Program-made: the position numbers and the translations under genes
Shown: piece by piece, positions 1 to 8,439 of the stretch
Layout: each line of letters starts with the position of its first letter
How positions within the stretch are numbered: the first letter of the stretch is position 1
Notes under the pieces: generated by a model
Databases searched by the model: none
What the model saw: the letters and a program-made list of their open reading frames with translations, nothing else
Told to the model about the DNA's origin: nothing
Source of the DNA: Candidatus Enterousia avistercoris
Lineage (GTDB): Bacteria; Pseudomonadota; Alphaproteobacteria; Rs-D84
Direction of reading: 5' to 3'
NCBI GenBank assembly: GCA_017694255.1
Contig: JADINC010000023.1
Span: forward strand, 1-61,544
DNA: 61,544 bases

Positions 1-80
1 AAAACTATCATTTTATGCAAACAGTGTCAAGGAATTATAACAAATTATAACAAACACTTGACAAACGCATATTTTTATGT

Positions 81-1079
81 TCATGACATAACGTCCGTCA
101 ACAGCGCGTTCATATTTTCACGAAACTCTTCGCGGTCCGACGCCCAAACAACCTGGCGCATTAAAAACTTATACACATCATCCATTGTCAGATTTGGAAT
201 ACCTGCTGCTGCCACCACGCGCCGCCATGCGACGCGCGGATCAGTTAAATGGCCACGTCCACGACCTGGGAAAACCCATCGTCCATCCTGGGGCAAATCT
301 TGCAGCAACACCACCGCCGCATCAGACAACGGACGCGCACCCCATGTATAGTGGTTAAAATCCAAATCCCGCCACTGCATAGAAAACACCTGGGACTTTG
401 GCGCAAAACCATAGACCAGCATTAAAAACGCCGCACGTAATATCGGGGATGGTTCGCGTTTAATCGCCCGTATTAAACGCTGGAATCCAGATTTATTCAA
501 TGGTCGCACACGACGCGATTGTTCTATTTTGGGCAAATCAATAACTGGATTTTTTTCAACATAACCCATTTCGATTGCATACTTAAAAACACTCTGTACA
601 AATTCCTGCATACGCGCGGCAATCGCCCGGCCACCAATTGCCGCAATTACCGTTTCAACATCTTTTTTGGTTATATCAGACAAATTCATATCCAGCAATT
701 CCGACAAATGGCGCTGGATTGCACGTTCCAATTTATCACGCGAATAACTGCTGCGCCGCACCCGATTCGCCATATATGAATCCAAGAATTTACGCATTGT
801 AATTTTTTTGCGACGCACACGCGGCTTTTGCATCGCGCGCACCAACAATTCTGGCACAGCCCCACGTGCGGTTTCTATATCCATTTCTGGATAGTTTCCA
901 ATAATAATTCGACGATCCCGTCCATGTACACGTTTGCGAACAAAGAATGTTTTTACACCGCGACTAGTTACATACATACGCAGACGCGGTTCTGACAAAT
1001 CTTGGACAACATCAAAGCCCGTTGCCGGCGCTGGCAAATTATCCAAAATAAATGGATTAAAAAAGAATTGATGCGCCAT
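81..1079 (-). CDS. P4-type tyrosine-integrase-like protein (catalytic signature not evident, possibly inactive)
   Basis: ORF 81..1115, with the start trimmed to the ATG at 1079, which follows AGAGGA. The N-terminus (FNPFILDNLPAP..RLRMYVTSRGVKTFFVRKRVHGRDRRIIIGNYPEMDIETAR) resembles the arm-type DNA-binding domain of P4-family integrases. Where the R, HxxR and Y residues are expected, the sequence reads YGFAPKSQVFSMQW and LTMDDVYKFLMRQ. Confidence 0.6.
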   Translation of the reverse strand: MAHQFFFNPFILDNLPAPATGFDVVQDLSEPRLRMYVTSRGVKTFFVRKRVHGRDRRIIIGNYPEMDIETARGAVPELLVRAMQKPRVRRKKITMRKFLDSYMANRVRRSSYSRDKLERAIQRHLSELLDMNLSDITKKDVETVIAAIGGRAIAARMQEFVQSVFKYAIEMGYVEKNPVIDLPKIEQSRRVRPLNKSGFQRLIRAIKREPSPILRAAFLMLVYGFAPKSQVFSMQWRDLDFNHYTWGARPLSDAAVVLLQDLPQDGRWVFPGRGRGHLTDPRVAWRRVVAAAGIPNLTMDDVYKFLMRQVVWASDREEFRENMNALLTDVMS

Positions 1080-1203
1080 TATTTCCTCTTTTTTATTTTT
1101 CGCTATTTTATTCAATACATTACAGCATCCATATATTACCCCAACTGAACAATCACGATACGAGAGTTTTAATAAAAAATCTTTAACTTATCGCCAGTTG
1201 CTA

Positions 1204-1641
1204 TTACTTTTTCAGTTCAAATAATTTTTCTTTCCAATATTTTTTTTTCTGTGCGACAAATAAATCATATTTACGGCGTTGTTCCATATACTTTTGATAT
1301 TCTGCATATTTTGGACATTTTGTATTATGGCACAGCTCTTCATCAGAAATCACCCCATTATCTTTAAAGTTTTCACAATAAAATTCCATAATAACAGGCC
1401 GCGATTCTGAAACACTATCCGCCGCAATTGGGAAATAGACCTGGCGCTTTATACACGAAGGTACAGAACGTGTTACTTCATATGTAGAAAACGGTCGTAC
1501 CAACATACGCCGCCATATTTTCATATTTTCTGCGGCATTCTTGCAATTACGTTTTATTGTTTCATATTGTTCAATATCATCACAAATTTTATTCCACGGT
1601 TTAAAAATCACATAATTAAATATTTTTTTTATCATCACCAT
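1204..1641 (-). CDS. hypothetical protein (Lys/Cys-containing, no recognisable domain)
   Basis: 145-aa ORF lying 12 nt downstream of lepA on the same strand. A GGAGAA sits just upstream, so the true start may be the third codon, ATG at 1635. No motif recognised. Confidence 0.4.
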   Translation of the reverse strand: MVMIKKIFNYVIFKPWNKICDDIEQYETIKRNCKNAAENMKIWRRMLVRPFSTYEVTRSVPSCIKRQVYFPIAADSVSESRPVIMEFYCENFKDNGVISDEELCHNTKCPKYAEYQKYMEQRRKYDLFVAQKKKYWKEKLFELKK

Positions 1642-1652
1642 TTCTCCTATTT

Positions 1653-3452
1653 TTAATCAGACACCTTTAAGGCATTTATGAACGCCGATTGTGGTATTTC
1701 AACATTACCGAACGTCCGCATTCGTTTTTTCCCTTCCTTTTGCTTTTCCAGCAACTTTCGCTTACGCGTGATATCCCCGCCATAGCACTTTGCTGTAACA
1801 TCCTTGCGATACGCGGCGATTGTTTCACGCGCGATAATTTTTCCACCAATTGCCGCCTGCAGTGGTATTTTAAATTGGTGTCGCGGGATTAAATCTTTCA
1901 GTTTTTCAACAATTTGTCGTCCGCGCTTTTCAGCCGCACTGCGATGACACATAAACGACAGCGGTTCAACATTTTCATCGTTTACCAGTATAGAAACCTT
2001 GACTAAATCGGACGGCTGATATCCCTGGACCACATAGTCAAACGACGCATATCCCGACGACAACGATTTCACCCTGTCATAAAAATCGAACACAATTTCC
2101 GCCAACGGCAACTGGTAAACCAGAACCGCACGATTACCAACATACGAAATATTTTCCTGGACACCACGCCGCGCCGAACACAGCGACATAATCCCGCCCA
2201 TATATTTATCAGGCATCATAATTGTTGCGCGCACCCATGGTTCTTCAATAGACGCAATTTTTGTAACATCTGGCATATCAGCTGGATTTTCCAAATCCAT
2301 TTCCGTTCCATCGCGCAGATAGACTTTATACAGCACACTTGGCACCGTGCTTATCAAACTCAACCCGAATTCACGACGCAGCCGCTCACTGATAATTTCC
2401 ATATGCAACAGCCCCAGAAACCCGCACCGCAACCCGAACCCCAGCGCAGATGACTTTTCTGTTGTGAACACGAACGACGCGTCATTCAACGCCAACTTTT
2501 CCGCACCATCACGCAAGGCTGGATAATCATCTGCCGCCATTGGAAAGAACGATGAAAACACCACTGGCACCGATGGCTTAAACCCAGGCAGCGGTTTGCA
2601 ACCCACCCCACTGCGCGCATCCACAATTGTATCGCCAACTTTACAGTCATGAATTGTTTTCATTCCTGTAATAATAAACCCTATTTCCCCGGTTCCCAGC
2701 GAATCGACATCAACCATCTTTGGCGTAAAATAACCAATTTTTTCAACAACATATTCTGCGCCTGTGGCCATAAAGCGTATTTTCTGACCACGTGTCAATT
2801 GACCATCCACCACCCGAACCAAAATAACCACCCCCAGATACGAATCGTACCAAGAATCGACCAACAACGCGCGCGCTGGTGCGTTTTCATTTCCATCTGG
2901 CGCGGGCAATTTATTTACAATTTCTTCCAGCAGTTCCGGCACCCCGGCCCCTGTTTTTCCCGACACACAAATTGCATTTGACGCGTCCAGTCCAATAACA
3001 TCCGCAATTTGCGCCCGCGCTGCATCCACATCACTGGATGGCAAATCAATTTTGTTCAGCACCGGCAGCATTTCCAAATCATTATCCAGCGCCAGATACG
3101 CATTTGCCAGCGTTTGCGCCTGGACGCCTTGGGTTGCATCGACCAGAATCAGCGCGCCTTCGCACGCCGCCAGTGACCGCGACACTTCGTACGAAAAATC
3201 AACATGCCCCGGCGTATCCATTAAATTAAGCTGATATATTTGCCCATCTTTGGCGGTATAGTTCAACCGCACTGTTTGTGCCTTGATCGTGATTCCGCGT
3301 TCACGTTCAATATCCATAGAATCCAGAACCTGGTCCTTCATCTCGCGCGCTTGCAGTCCACCTGTACATTCGATTAAGCGATCTGACAAAGTCGATTTTC
3401 CATGATCGATATGCGCGACAATTGCAAAGTTTCTGATATTTTTCTGATTCAT
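1653..3452 (-). CDS. lepA: Elongation factor 4 (LepA)
   Basis: [22 protein letters not shown]1 motif, DTPGHVDF and NKIDL motifs, plus the LepA-specific C-terminal region. Start placed at the internal ATG (MNQKNIRNF). Confidence 0.95.
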   Translation of the reverse strand: MNQKNIRNFAIVAHIDHGKSTLSDRLIECTGGLQAREMKDQVLDSMDIERERGITIKAQTVRLNYTAKDGQIYQLNLMDTPGHVDFSYEVSRSLAACEGALILVDATQGVQAQTLANAYLALDNDLEMLPVLNKIDLPSSDVDAARAQIADVIGLDASNAICVSGKTGAGVPELLEEIVNKLPAPDGNENAPARALLVDSWYDSYLGVVILVRVVDGQLTRGQKIRFMATGAEYVVEKIGYFTPKMVDVDSLGTGEIGFIITGMKTIHDCKVGDTIVDARSGVGCKPLPGFKPSVPVVFSSFFPMAADDYPALRDGAEKLALNDASFVFTTEKSSALGFGLRCGFLGLLHMEIISERLRREFGLSLISTVPSVLYKVYLRDGTEMDLENPADMPDVTKIASIEEPWVRATIMMPDKYMGGIMSLCSARRGVQENISYVGNRAVLVYQLPLAEIVFDFYDRVKSLSSGYASFDYVVQGYQPSDLVKVSILVNDENVEPLSFMCHRSAAEKRGRQIVEKLKDLIPRHQFKIPLQAAIGGKIIARETIAAYRKDVTAKCYGGDITRKRKLLEKQKEGKKRMRTFGNVEIPQSAFINALKVSD

Positions 3453-3512
3453 ACACGTCCCACAATTCTGCGGCAATGATACACCAGTATATTTACATTT
3501 GCAAACTGTTTT

Positions 3513-3980
3513 TTACCGCACCAGCGATTTTGTCATCAGCAAGCATTCATTCAATTCCACATACCCGTGCTTTTCATAGAAATTGCGTGCCTGCAACGTT
3601 GGCGCCCGGTACAAGAACACATCACTAACATTATTTTCCACACAGTATTGTTCATATGCGCCAATCAGCGCGCGCCCCACCCCACTGCGATGATATCGCC
3701 GGTCCACGAACAGAAAGTCAATTTTTGCCTGGCATGTTGACGGCCACCACATATTAAATTCAGGGTATTTCATAATATGTCCCTTGATAAACCCCAGTGG
3801 GAAATGCCCGCGATTATACATAAACAGTACATGCCCCCGCCGCATCACATCATCCGCCAGCACATGATTCACCAACGCGGCATCACCTGGTCTGGTTTGA
3901 TCAGCGATTAAATAGCAATATCGCACTACATCTGGGACAACATCAAAAACACGTTTTATATTATCTTTGTTATCAATCAT
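3513..3980 (-). CDS. GNAT-family N-acetyltransferase
   Basis: Acetyl-CoA-binding motif RRYHRSGVGRALI and C-terminal ARNFYEKHGY. Start taken at the ATG that overlaps the rbfA stop (ATGATTGA). Confidence 0.75.
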   Translation of the reverse strand: MIDNKDNIKRVFDVVPDVVRYCYLIADQTRPGDAALVNHVLADDVMRRGHVLFMYNRGHFPLGFIKGHIMKYPEFNMWWPSTCQAKIDFLFVDRRYHRSGVGRALIGAYEQYCVENNVSDVFLYRAPTLQARNFYEKHGYVELNECLLMTKSLVR

Positions 3981-4332
3981 CTGTATCCAGGCCTTTGAGT
4001 AAATTATCCATTCTCTCTGCCCGGTCCAGCGTGTCATCATATTCGAATCGAATATCTGGCACATACTTCTGGTTCATACGCGCCCCCAGTTCATATCGCA
4101 CAGTTTTTGTAATTTCGTCCAAACGGCGCTGAACCGCCGCGACATCCGGATTACGTGAATAATAGAACAACCGCACGAATTGCAGTCCCCCATGCGCCAC
4201 CGCCCCGACCAGCGACACCCCTGCGACGATCTGGTCATCACCATATCTGTCGCGCAGTATTTCCGCCACCAGCGTTTGAACTTTGCTGGCGATACGCGCC
4301 CCTCGATTAGAATTAAATTGTCGTTTCATCAT
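3973..4332 (-). CDS. rbfA: Ribosome-binding factor A
   Basis: RGARIASKVQTLVAEILRD..VSLVGAVAHGGLQFVRLFYY..YVPDIRFEYDDTLDRAERMDNLL is typical RbfA. The ORF was trimmed to MMKRQF. Confidence 0.85.
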   Translation of the reverse strand: MMKRQFNSNRGARIASKVQTLVAEILRDRYGDDQIVAGVSLVGAVAHGGLQFVRLFYYSRNPDVAAVQRRLDEITKTVRYELGARMNQKYVPDIRFEYDDTLDRAERMDNLLKGLDTDD

Positions 4333-4405
4333 TATATATTGTAAATTATAAGATATTAATCTAGAATCAAGTAAATTTTTTATCATAACCACATGGGGGG
4401 CATTA

Positions 4406-4981
4406 ATGAAATTCGCAGAATATATACTCAGCAAATCCGAAAGTCGCACATACGCATGGATAGTATTCATATTAACGATATGCGAATCGATATTTTTGTT
4501 TATCCCACCCGAAGTATTCATGACCCCACCAATTATCGCGAACAAGCGTCGCGCAGTTCCAATAACTATTGCGGCGTCATTGGGTTCGATTGTTGGTGGG
4601 ATATTGGCATATATGATTGGTGCATGGCTGTGGGATTCATTGGGTCAATGGATAGTAAACACATTCACCAACCCCGAATTAATTGAAACCGCCATAAAGC
4701 CGATGTTCAGCAAATATGGAATATTAATAATAGTACTGACGGCGGTAACCCCGATACCGTATAAGTTGCTGGCAATATGGTTGGGCTTTATTGGATACCC
4801 ATTGTGGATATTTGTTGGTGTATCTGCGATATTCCGCACTGGGCGCTTTGCGACGATTGCGACCTTGCTGTATTTTTTCCAAGAACGCGCGAACGCCATA
4901 GTCAAGAAATACTTTTGGCCATTAACAATCGGTGCAATTATTGCCGCCGGCCTGGGCGTTGGCTTAATATCACTATTCTAA
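4406..4981 (+). CDS. YqaA/DedA-superfamily inner-membrane protein
   Basis: Polytopic membrane ORF with a YqaA-like N-terminus (SRTYAWIVFILTICESIFLFIPPEVFM) and multiple TM segments. Confidence 0.65.
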   Translation: MKFAEYILSKSESRTYAWIVFILTICESIFLFIPPEVFMTPPIIANKRRAVPITIAASLGSIVGGILAYMIGAWLWDSLGQWIVNTFTNPELIETAIKPMFSKYGILIIVLTAVTPIPYKLLAIWLGFIGYPLWIFVGVSAIFRTGRFATIATLLYFFQERANAIVKKYFWPLTIGAIIAAGLGVGLISLF

Positions 4982-4987
4982 CATTCT

Positions 4988-5006
4988 TGTCATCCCCAGG
5001 ATGACA
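4988..5006 (+). terminator. Hairpin after the yqaA-like gene; also a degenerate copy of the repeat head
   Basis: tgtcatcc-cca-ggatgaca (8-bp stem) lies 7 nt after the stop and is followed by a T-rich tract. Confidence 0.4.
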
Positions 5007-5083
5007 GGTTCTTAATTTCTTTTATTTTGAGATTATTTTTATATTTGTAATTTGTTTAAGAAAAAAGAAAAGTAAGAAAAAAA

Positions 5084-5462
5084 CTTGTCATCCCGTGGCT
5101 TGACCACGGGACCCAGGTAATTAATGCTCTGTGCGCCAGCACAGACAACTTTCCTTGTCATCCCGTGGCCCGGGCCCCGCACTACACAGTTCTCCTTTCT
5201 TGTCATCCCGTGGCTTGACCACGGGACCCAGGTAATTTATGCTCTGTGCGCCAGCACAGACAACTTTCTTGTCATCCCGTGGCCTGACCACGGGACCCAG
5301 GTAATTAATGCTCTGTGCACCAGCACAGACAACTTTCCTTGTCATCCCGTGGCCTGGGCCCCGCGAAAACGTCAGTTTTCGTGGGTGGATGCAGACCACG
5401 GGACCCAGGTAATTTATGCTGTCGCACCGCGACACCACATTTGCACTTTGCACTTTGAAAAA
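5084..5462 (+). repeat. Palindromic repeat array 1 (5 units sharing the head cttgtcatcccgtggc)
   Basis: Heads at 5084, 5154, 5199, 5268 and 5338. The ~70-bp type-1 unit is cttgtcatcccgtggcttgaccacgggacccaggtaattaatgctctgtgcgccagcacagacaactttc. The 45-bp type-2 unit is ...gtggcccgggccccgcactacacagttctcctttc. The last unit carries a nested hairpin insert (cgaaaacgtcagttttcg) and a tail, gtcgcaccgcgacaccacatttgcactttg. Confidence 0.95.
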
Positions 5463-5475
5463 CCGCGACACAAAC

Positions 5476-5784
5476 CTACACCAACATATTCAGTTCATCA
5501 TATAAATCCCGCCAATCTGGATTATATTTTTCTATCAAATCTTTTTTCCAATTTCGTTTCCACTCTTTCAACCGCTTTTCGTGCCGAATAGCCTGCTTAA
5601 CATCTTCAAACCGTTCAAAATATACCAATTTGCAAACCCCATATCGACTGGTAAACCCCGGCGTCAAATGATTTTTATGTTCATATACACGCTGAGCTAA
5701 ATTACTGGTAAAACCTATATACAGTGTACCATTTCTATCACTGGCCAAAATATAAACATAGTAATATTTTTGAATCCCATACAT
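5476..5784 (-). CDS. GIY-YIG nuclease family protein (small stand-alone URI-domain protein)
   Basis: YYVYILASDRNGTLYIGFTSNLAQRVYEHK ... AIRHEKRLKEWKRNWK matches the GIY-YIG / COG2827-type small nuclease pattern. Confidence 0.85.
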   Translation of the reverse strand: MYGIQKYYYVYILASDRNGTLYIGFTSNLAQRVYEHKNHLTPGFTSRYGVCKLVYFERFEDVKQAIRHEKRLKEWKRNWKKDLIEKYNPDWRDLYDELNMLV

Positions 5785-5810
5785 AAAATTTGTATTTGCT
5801 GTCGCAAATA

Positions 5811-5839
5811 AGTATATAAAACCTGGGCCCCGTGGTCAA
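5811..5839 (-). promoter_or_regulatory. Sigma70-like promoter for the GIY-YIG gene, with the -35 inside a repeat unit
   Basis: The minus strand reads TTGACC-N17-TATACT. The -35 lies at 5834..5839 and the -10 at 5811..5816, about 26 nt upstream of the ATG. Confidence 0.4.
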
Positions 5840-5860
5840 GCCACGGGGTGACAAGTTCTT
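5821..5860 (-). repeat. Single inverted copy of the palindromic repeat unit
   Basis: The reverse complement reads cttgtcaccccgtggcttgaccacggggcccaggt. Its orientation is opposite to both arrays. Confidence 0.9.
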
Positions 5861-5960
5861 AAGTTTTTTATATCACAGTTTTGTTTTGTGATTATCAGTT
5901 TACTTTGTGATTGTTTTTCATTTTGTAATTGTTTTTAGAAAAAAGAAAAATAAGGAAAAA

Positions 5961-6382
5961 CTTGTCATCCCGTGGCCCAGGCCCCGCACTACACAGTTCT
6001 CATTTCTTGTCATCCCGTGGCCTGGGCCCTGCGTTCCTTTCCTTGTCATCCCGTGGCTTGACCACGGGACCCAGGTAATTAATGCTCTGTGCGCCAGCAC
6101 AGACAACTTTCCTTGTCATCCCGTGGCCTGGGCCCCGCACTACACAGTTCTCCTTTCTTGTCATCCCGTGGCTTGACCACGGGACCCAGGTAATATCAAT
6201 TACATCCTTTCTTGTCATCCCGTGGCCTGGGCCCCGCGAAAACGTCAGTTTTCGTGGGTGGATGCAGACCACGGGACCCAGGTAATATCAATTACATCCT
6301 TTTTGTCATCCCGTGGCTTGACCACGGGACCCAGGTAATAAAACTTGTCGCGCAGCGACACCACATTTGCACTTTGAAAAAA
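5961..6382 (+). repeat. Palindromic repeat array 2 (7 units of the same family)
   Basis: Heads at 5961, 6006, 6042, 6112, 6157, 6211 and ~6303. It contains the same type-1, type-2 and composite units as array 1. It ends with the same tail, gtcgcgcagcgacaccacatttgcactttgaaaaaa. Confidence 0.95.
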
Positions 6383-6401
6383 GCCCCCACGGATGTGGGG
6401 G
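6376..6401 (-). terminator. Rho-independent terminator of the fibre-gene run
   Basis: cccccac-ggat-gtggggg (7-bp GC stem) is followed on the minus strand by a T-run. It lies 7 nt after the stop of 6408..8324. Confidence 0.8.
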
Positions 6402-6407
6402 AATCAT

Positions 6408-8324
6408 TCATTCTATCCAAATATCTGCATAACCGGTTGGATCGGTCGCACTGCCCACCGAAATCTGCAAGCGTTCCCCTGGAATCTTGCCACTCGAATC
6501 CAACAATTTGTAATTTCCACTATCACCAAACCCAACACTAAGCGTACCTGGATCAAGATTAGTGCCCGTACCTATTTGTATCGCATTCTCTGTGTTTGTA
6601 CTCGCACCAAATCCTAAAGAAATCGAATTGTTACCACCTGCTCCCGCTTCATTACCAACTACAACATTATTCGTCCCCCTAGCAAAAGCTCCCTTTCCAA
6701 TTCCAATAGAGTTTTCTCCAGACACCGCAGAACCCATGCCCAATGCAACACTATTTAGCCCTTCTCCCTTTGCATTTGCGCCCAGCGCAACCGCGCTTTG
6801 AACAACCGAAGCAGAGGCACCAATCGCGGTCCCAGAACGAGTTGCCGTCGCACGTGCACCATAAACAGTTCCACCAGGACCAGTCGTCACAGCATTTGTA
6901 CCAATAATAGTTGCAGACGTATAATCTCCAGCATTACCACCGCCCGTGGCAAACCCCCCCACACCTGTTGCAGTATTCGTCAATACCGTATCCGGCATAC
7001 GTTCATCGGGAATTTTTCCATCATTATCCAACAATTGATAAATTTTATCTGTGCCGAATCCAACATTAAATGTTCCCGCGGTTGAATTTGTCCCTGTTCC
7101 CAACTGTATTGCCCCCAACGCAGTCGATTTTGCATTCTGTCCAATTGCGATCGCAGATCCAGCCCCCGTTTCAGCCCTATAGCCCACTGCCGTTCCATAC
7201 TCAACCGTCGATTTTGCATTTGCACCAATTGCAACCCCTTGACCTGCAACATTAGCATTGGAACCGATTGCCACGGCTTCTTCTTCATTCGCAGATGCAT
7301 TCATTCCAACAGCAACATTCATAAATCCCGTTTCTGATGACTTTGCGGATTGACCAACAACCACAGATGCAACCGACCCACTTGCCGCATCACCGATTAC
7401 AACAGTACTATCCGCCGTAGCAGGCGTTGCCCCACCGGTACTGAGTGAACCTGTCCCCGTTGCGGTGTTTTCTAATTTTTTATCCAATGCGGCTTTGACC
7501 ACTTTATTTTGCACGGGGTTTGTACTGTCGGCGCTTAACGTCGCATCCACGGTTATTTCATCGGGTATTTCGGCCTTGGTCGCGTAAGTATCTGCGATAA
7601 CCCGGCCACTGGCGTCCTGGGTTGCCTTGGTCGCGCTGTCTGCGGTGGTTGCGCTGTTCACGGTTACGGCGCCATCCGCCGCCACCGTAATATCACCCCC
7701 AGATTTCACACCACCCAATGCCGCGGCCGTTGCCGCCGGCAGAGTATATTCTTCTGGCAACGCCGCCGATGTGATAAATCCACTATCATTAGTTAATTCA
7801 CTGGTTTTTGTTGGAACAGTAATATTCGCTGTTGCCGCTGTTGCAGAATTGGCTGTAAAGGTTGCAACCGCCGCTCCATTTTTCTGTATTGTCAATGTTG
7901 CATTATTAACAGTTGGAATATCATCTGCATCAGCCTTGGCATTTAATTCCGTTTTTGTGGCATAAGTCGTTGTAATAACATTACCAGACGCATCCTGGGT
8001 TGCCTTGGTCGCAGATGTTGCACTGGTTGCCGTATCTGCTGTTTCAGCGGCGGCAACTTTATCTATTTTTGTTGCAACACCACTGGCATTCACATAAATC
8101 GGATGTGTCGCATCCCCAACCGCGGTCCCGGCGGTGGCAACTTCTACTGCTGTACTTGCATTTTGCTTTGCATTTAATTCAGTTTTCGTTGCATAATCAC
8201 CCGCCGGCGCACGTGTGTCAATCTGCTGATCAACATAGCCCTGGGATGCAATATTTGCATATGCGCCCCCCACCACCATCATAGCTATAAATGAAACTGC
8301 GAAAATGCCCTTTGACTTTATCAT
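6408..8324 (-). CDS. Secreted fibrous repeat protein, paralog D (tail-fibre-like motifs plus YadA-head-like repeats)
   Basis: Signal peptide MIKSKGIFAVSFIAMMVVGGAYA. Contains IASQGYVD, two copies of ATKATQDASG(N/R)VI..TYATK, LTIQKNG...VPTKTSELTNDSGFIT and NPVQNKVVKAALDKK. The C-terminal half is two tandem modules of (A/S)(V/I)A(I/L)G.NA-type repeats, each ending AIQ(L/I)GTGTN..VGFG..LLD..GKIP.ER. Confidence 0.8.
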   Translation of the reverse strand: MIKSKGIFAVSFIAMMVVGGAYANIASQGYVDQQIDTRAPAGDYATKTELNAKQNASTAVEVATAGTAVGDATHPIYVNASGVATKIDKVAAAETADTATSATSATKATQDASGNVITTTYATKTELNAKADADDIPTVNNATLTIQKNGAAVATFTANSATAATANITVPTKTSELTNDSGFITSAALPEEYTLPAATAAALGGVKSGGDITVAADGAVTVNSATTADSATKATQDASGRVIADTYATKAEIPDEITVDATLSADSTNPVQNKVVKAALDKKLENTATGTGSLSTGGATPATADSTVVIGDAASGSVASVVVGQSAKSSETGFMNVAVGMNASANEEEAVAIGSNANVAGQGVAIGANAKSTVEYGTAVGYRAETGAGSAIAIGQNAKSTALGAIQLGTGTNSTAGTFNVGFGTDKIYQLLDNDGKIPDERMPDTVLTNTATGVGGFATGGGNAGDYTSATIIGTNAVTTGPGGTVYGARATATRSGTAIGASASVVQSAVALGANAKGEGLNSVALGMGSAVSGENSIGIGKGAFARGTNNVVVGNEAGAGGNNSISLGFGASTNTENAIQIGTGTNLDPGTLSVGFGDSGNYKLLDSSGKIPGERLQISVGSATDPTGYADIWIE

Positions 8325-8439
8325 ATCCGTATTCTACCTAAAAAAACTGTTTCGTTCCACTGTTCGTTTATCGCAATCTGTTTTTTTTACCTGTGTGCGG
8401 TGCACATTTTAACACCGCACACATATTGTTACGCCGTTA

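Noticed and set aside
58-351. Plus-strand ORF 58..351, and the many other 60-150-aa ORFs nested antisense in confirmed genes (for example 16462..16971, 31314..31952, 48064..48573 and 54057..54464)
   Set aside because: Each lies fully inside a longer ORF whose product has clear conserved motifs on the opposite strand or in another frame. None has recognisable motifs or translation signals.
5084-6382. Possible CRISPR arrays (regularly spaced 16-nt heads behind an AT-rich leader)
   Set aside because: The sequences between the heads are themselves repeated (only three or four unit types) and are palindromic. Unit lengths vary from 36 to 91 bp. No cas genes are present. This is a REP/MITE-like array, not CRISPR.
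5121-6541. ORFs 5121..5471(-), 5124..5591(+), 5907..6176(+), 5918..6106(-), 6000..6272(-), 6082..6285(+) and 6212..6541(+)
   Set aside because: They are read-throughs of the palindromic repeats in several frames and on both strands (repetitive VIPWLDHGTQ / GPGHGMTRK peptides). They lack RBS context.
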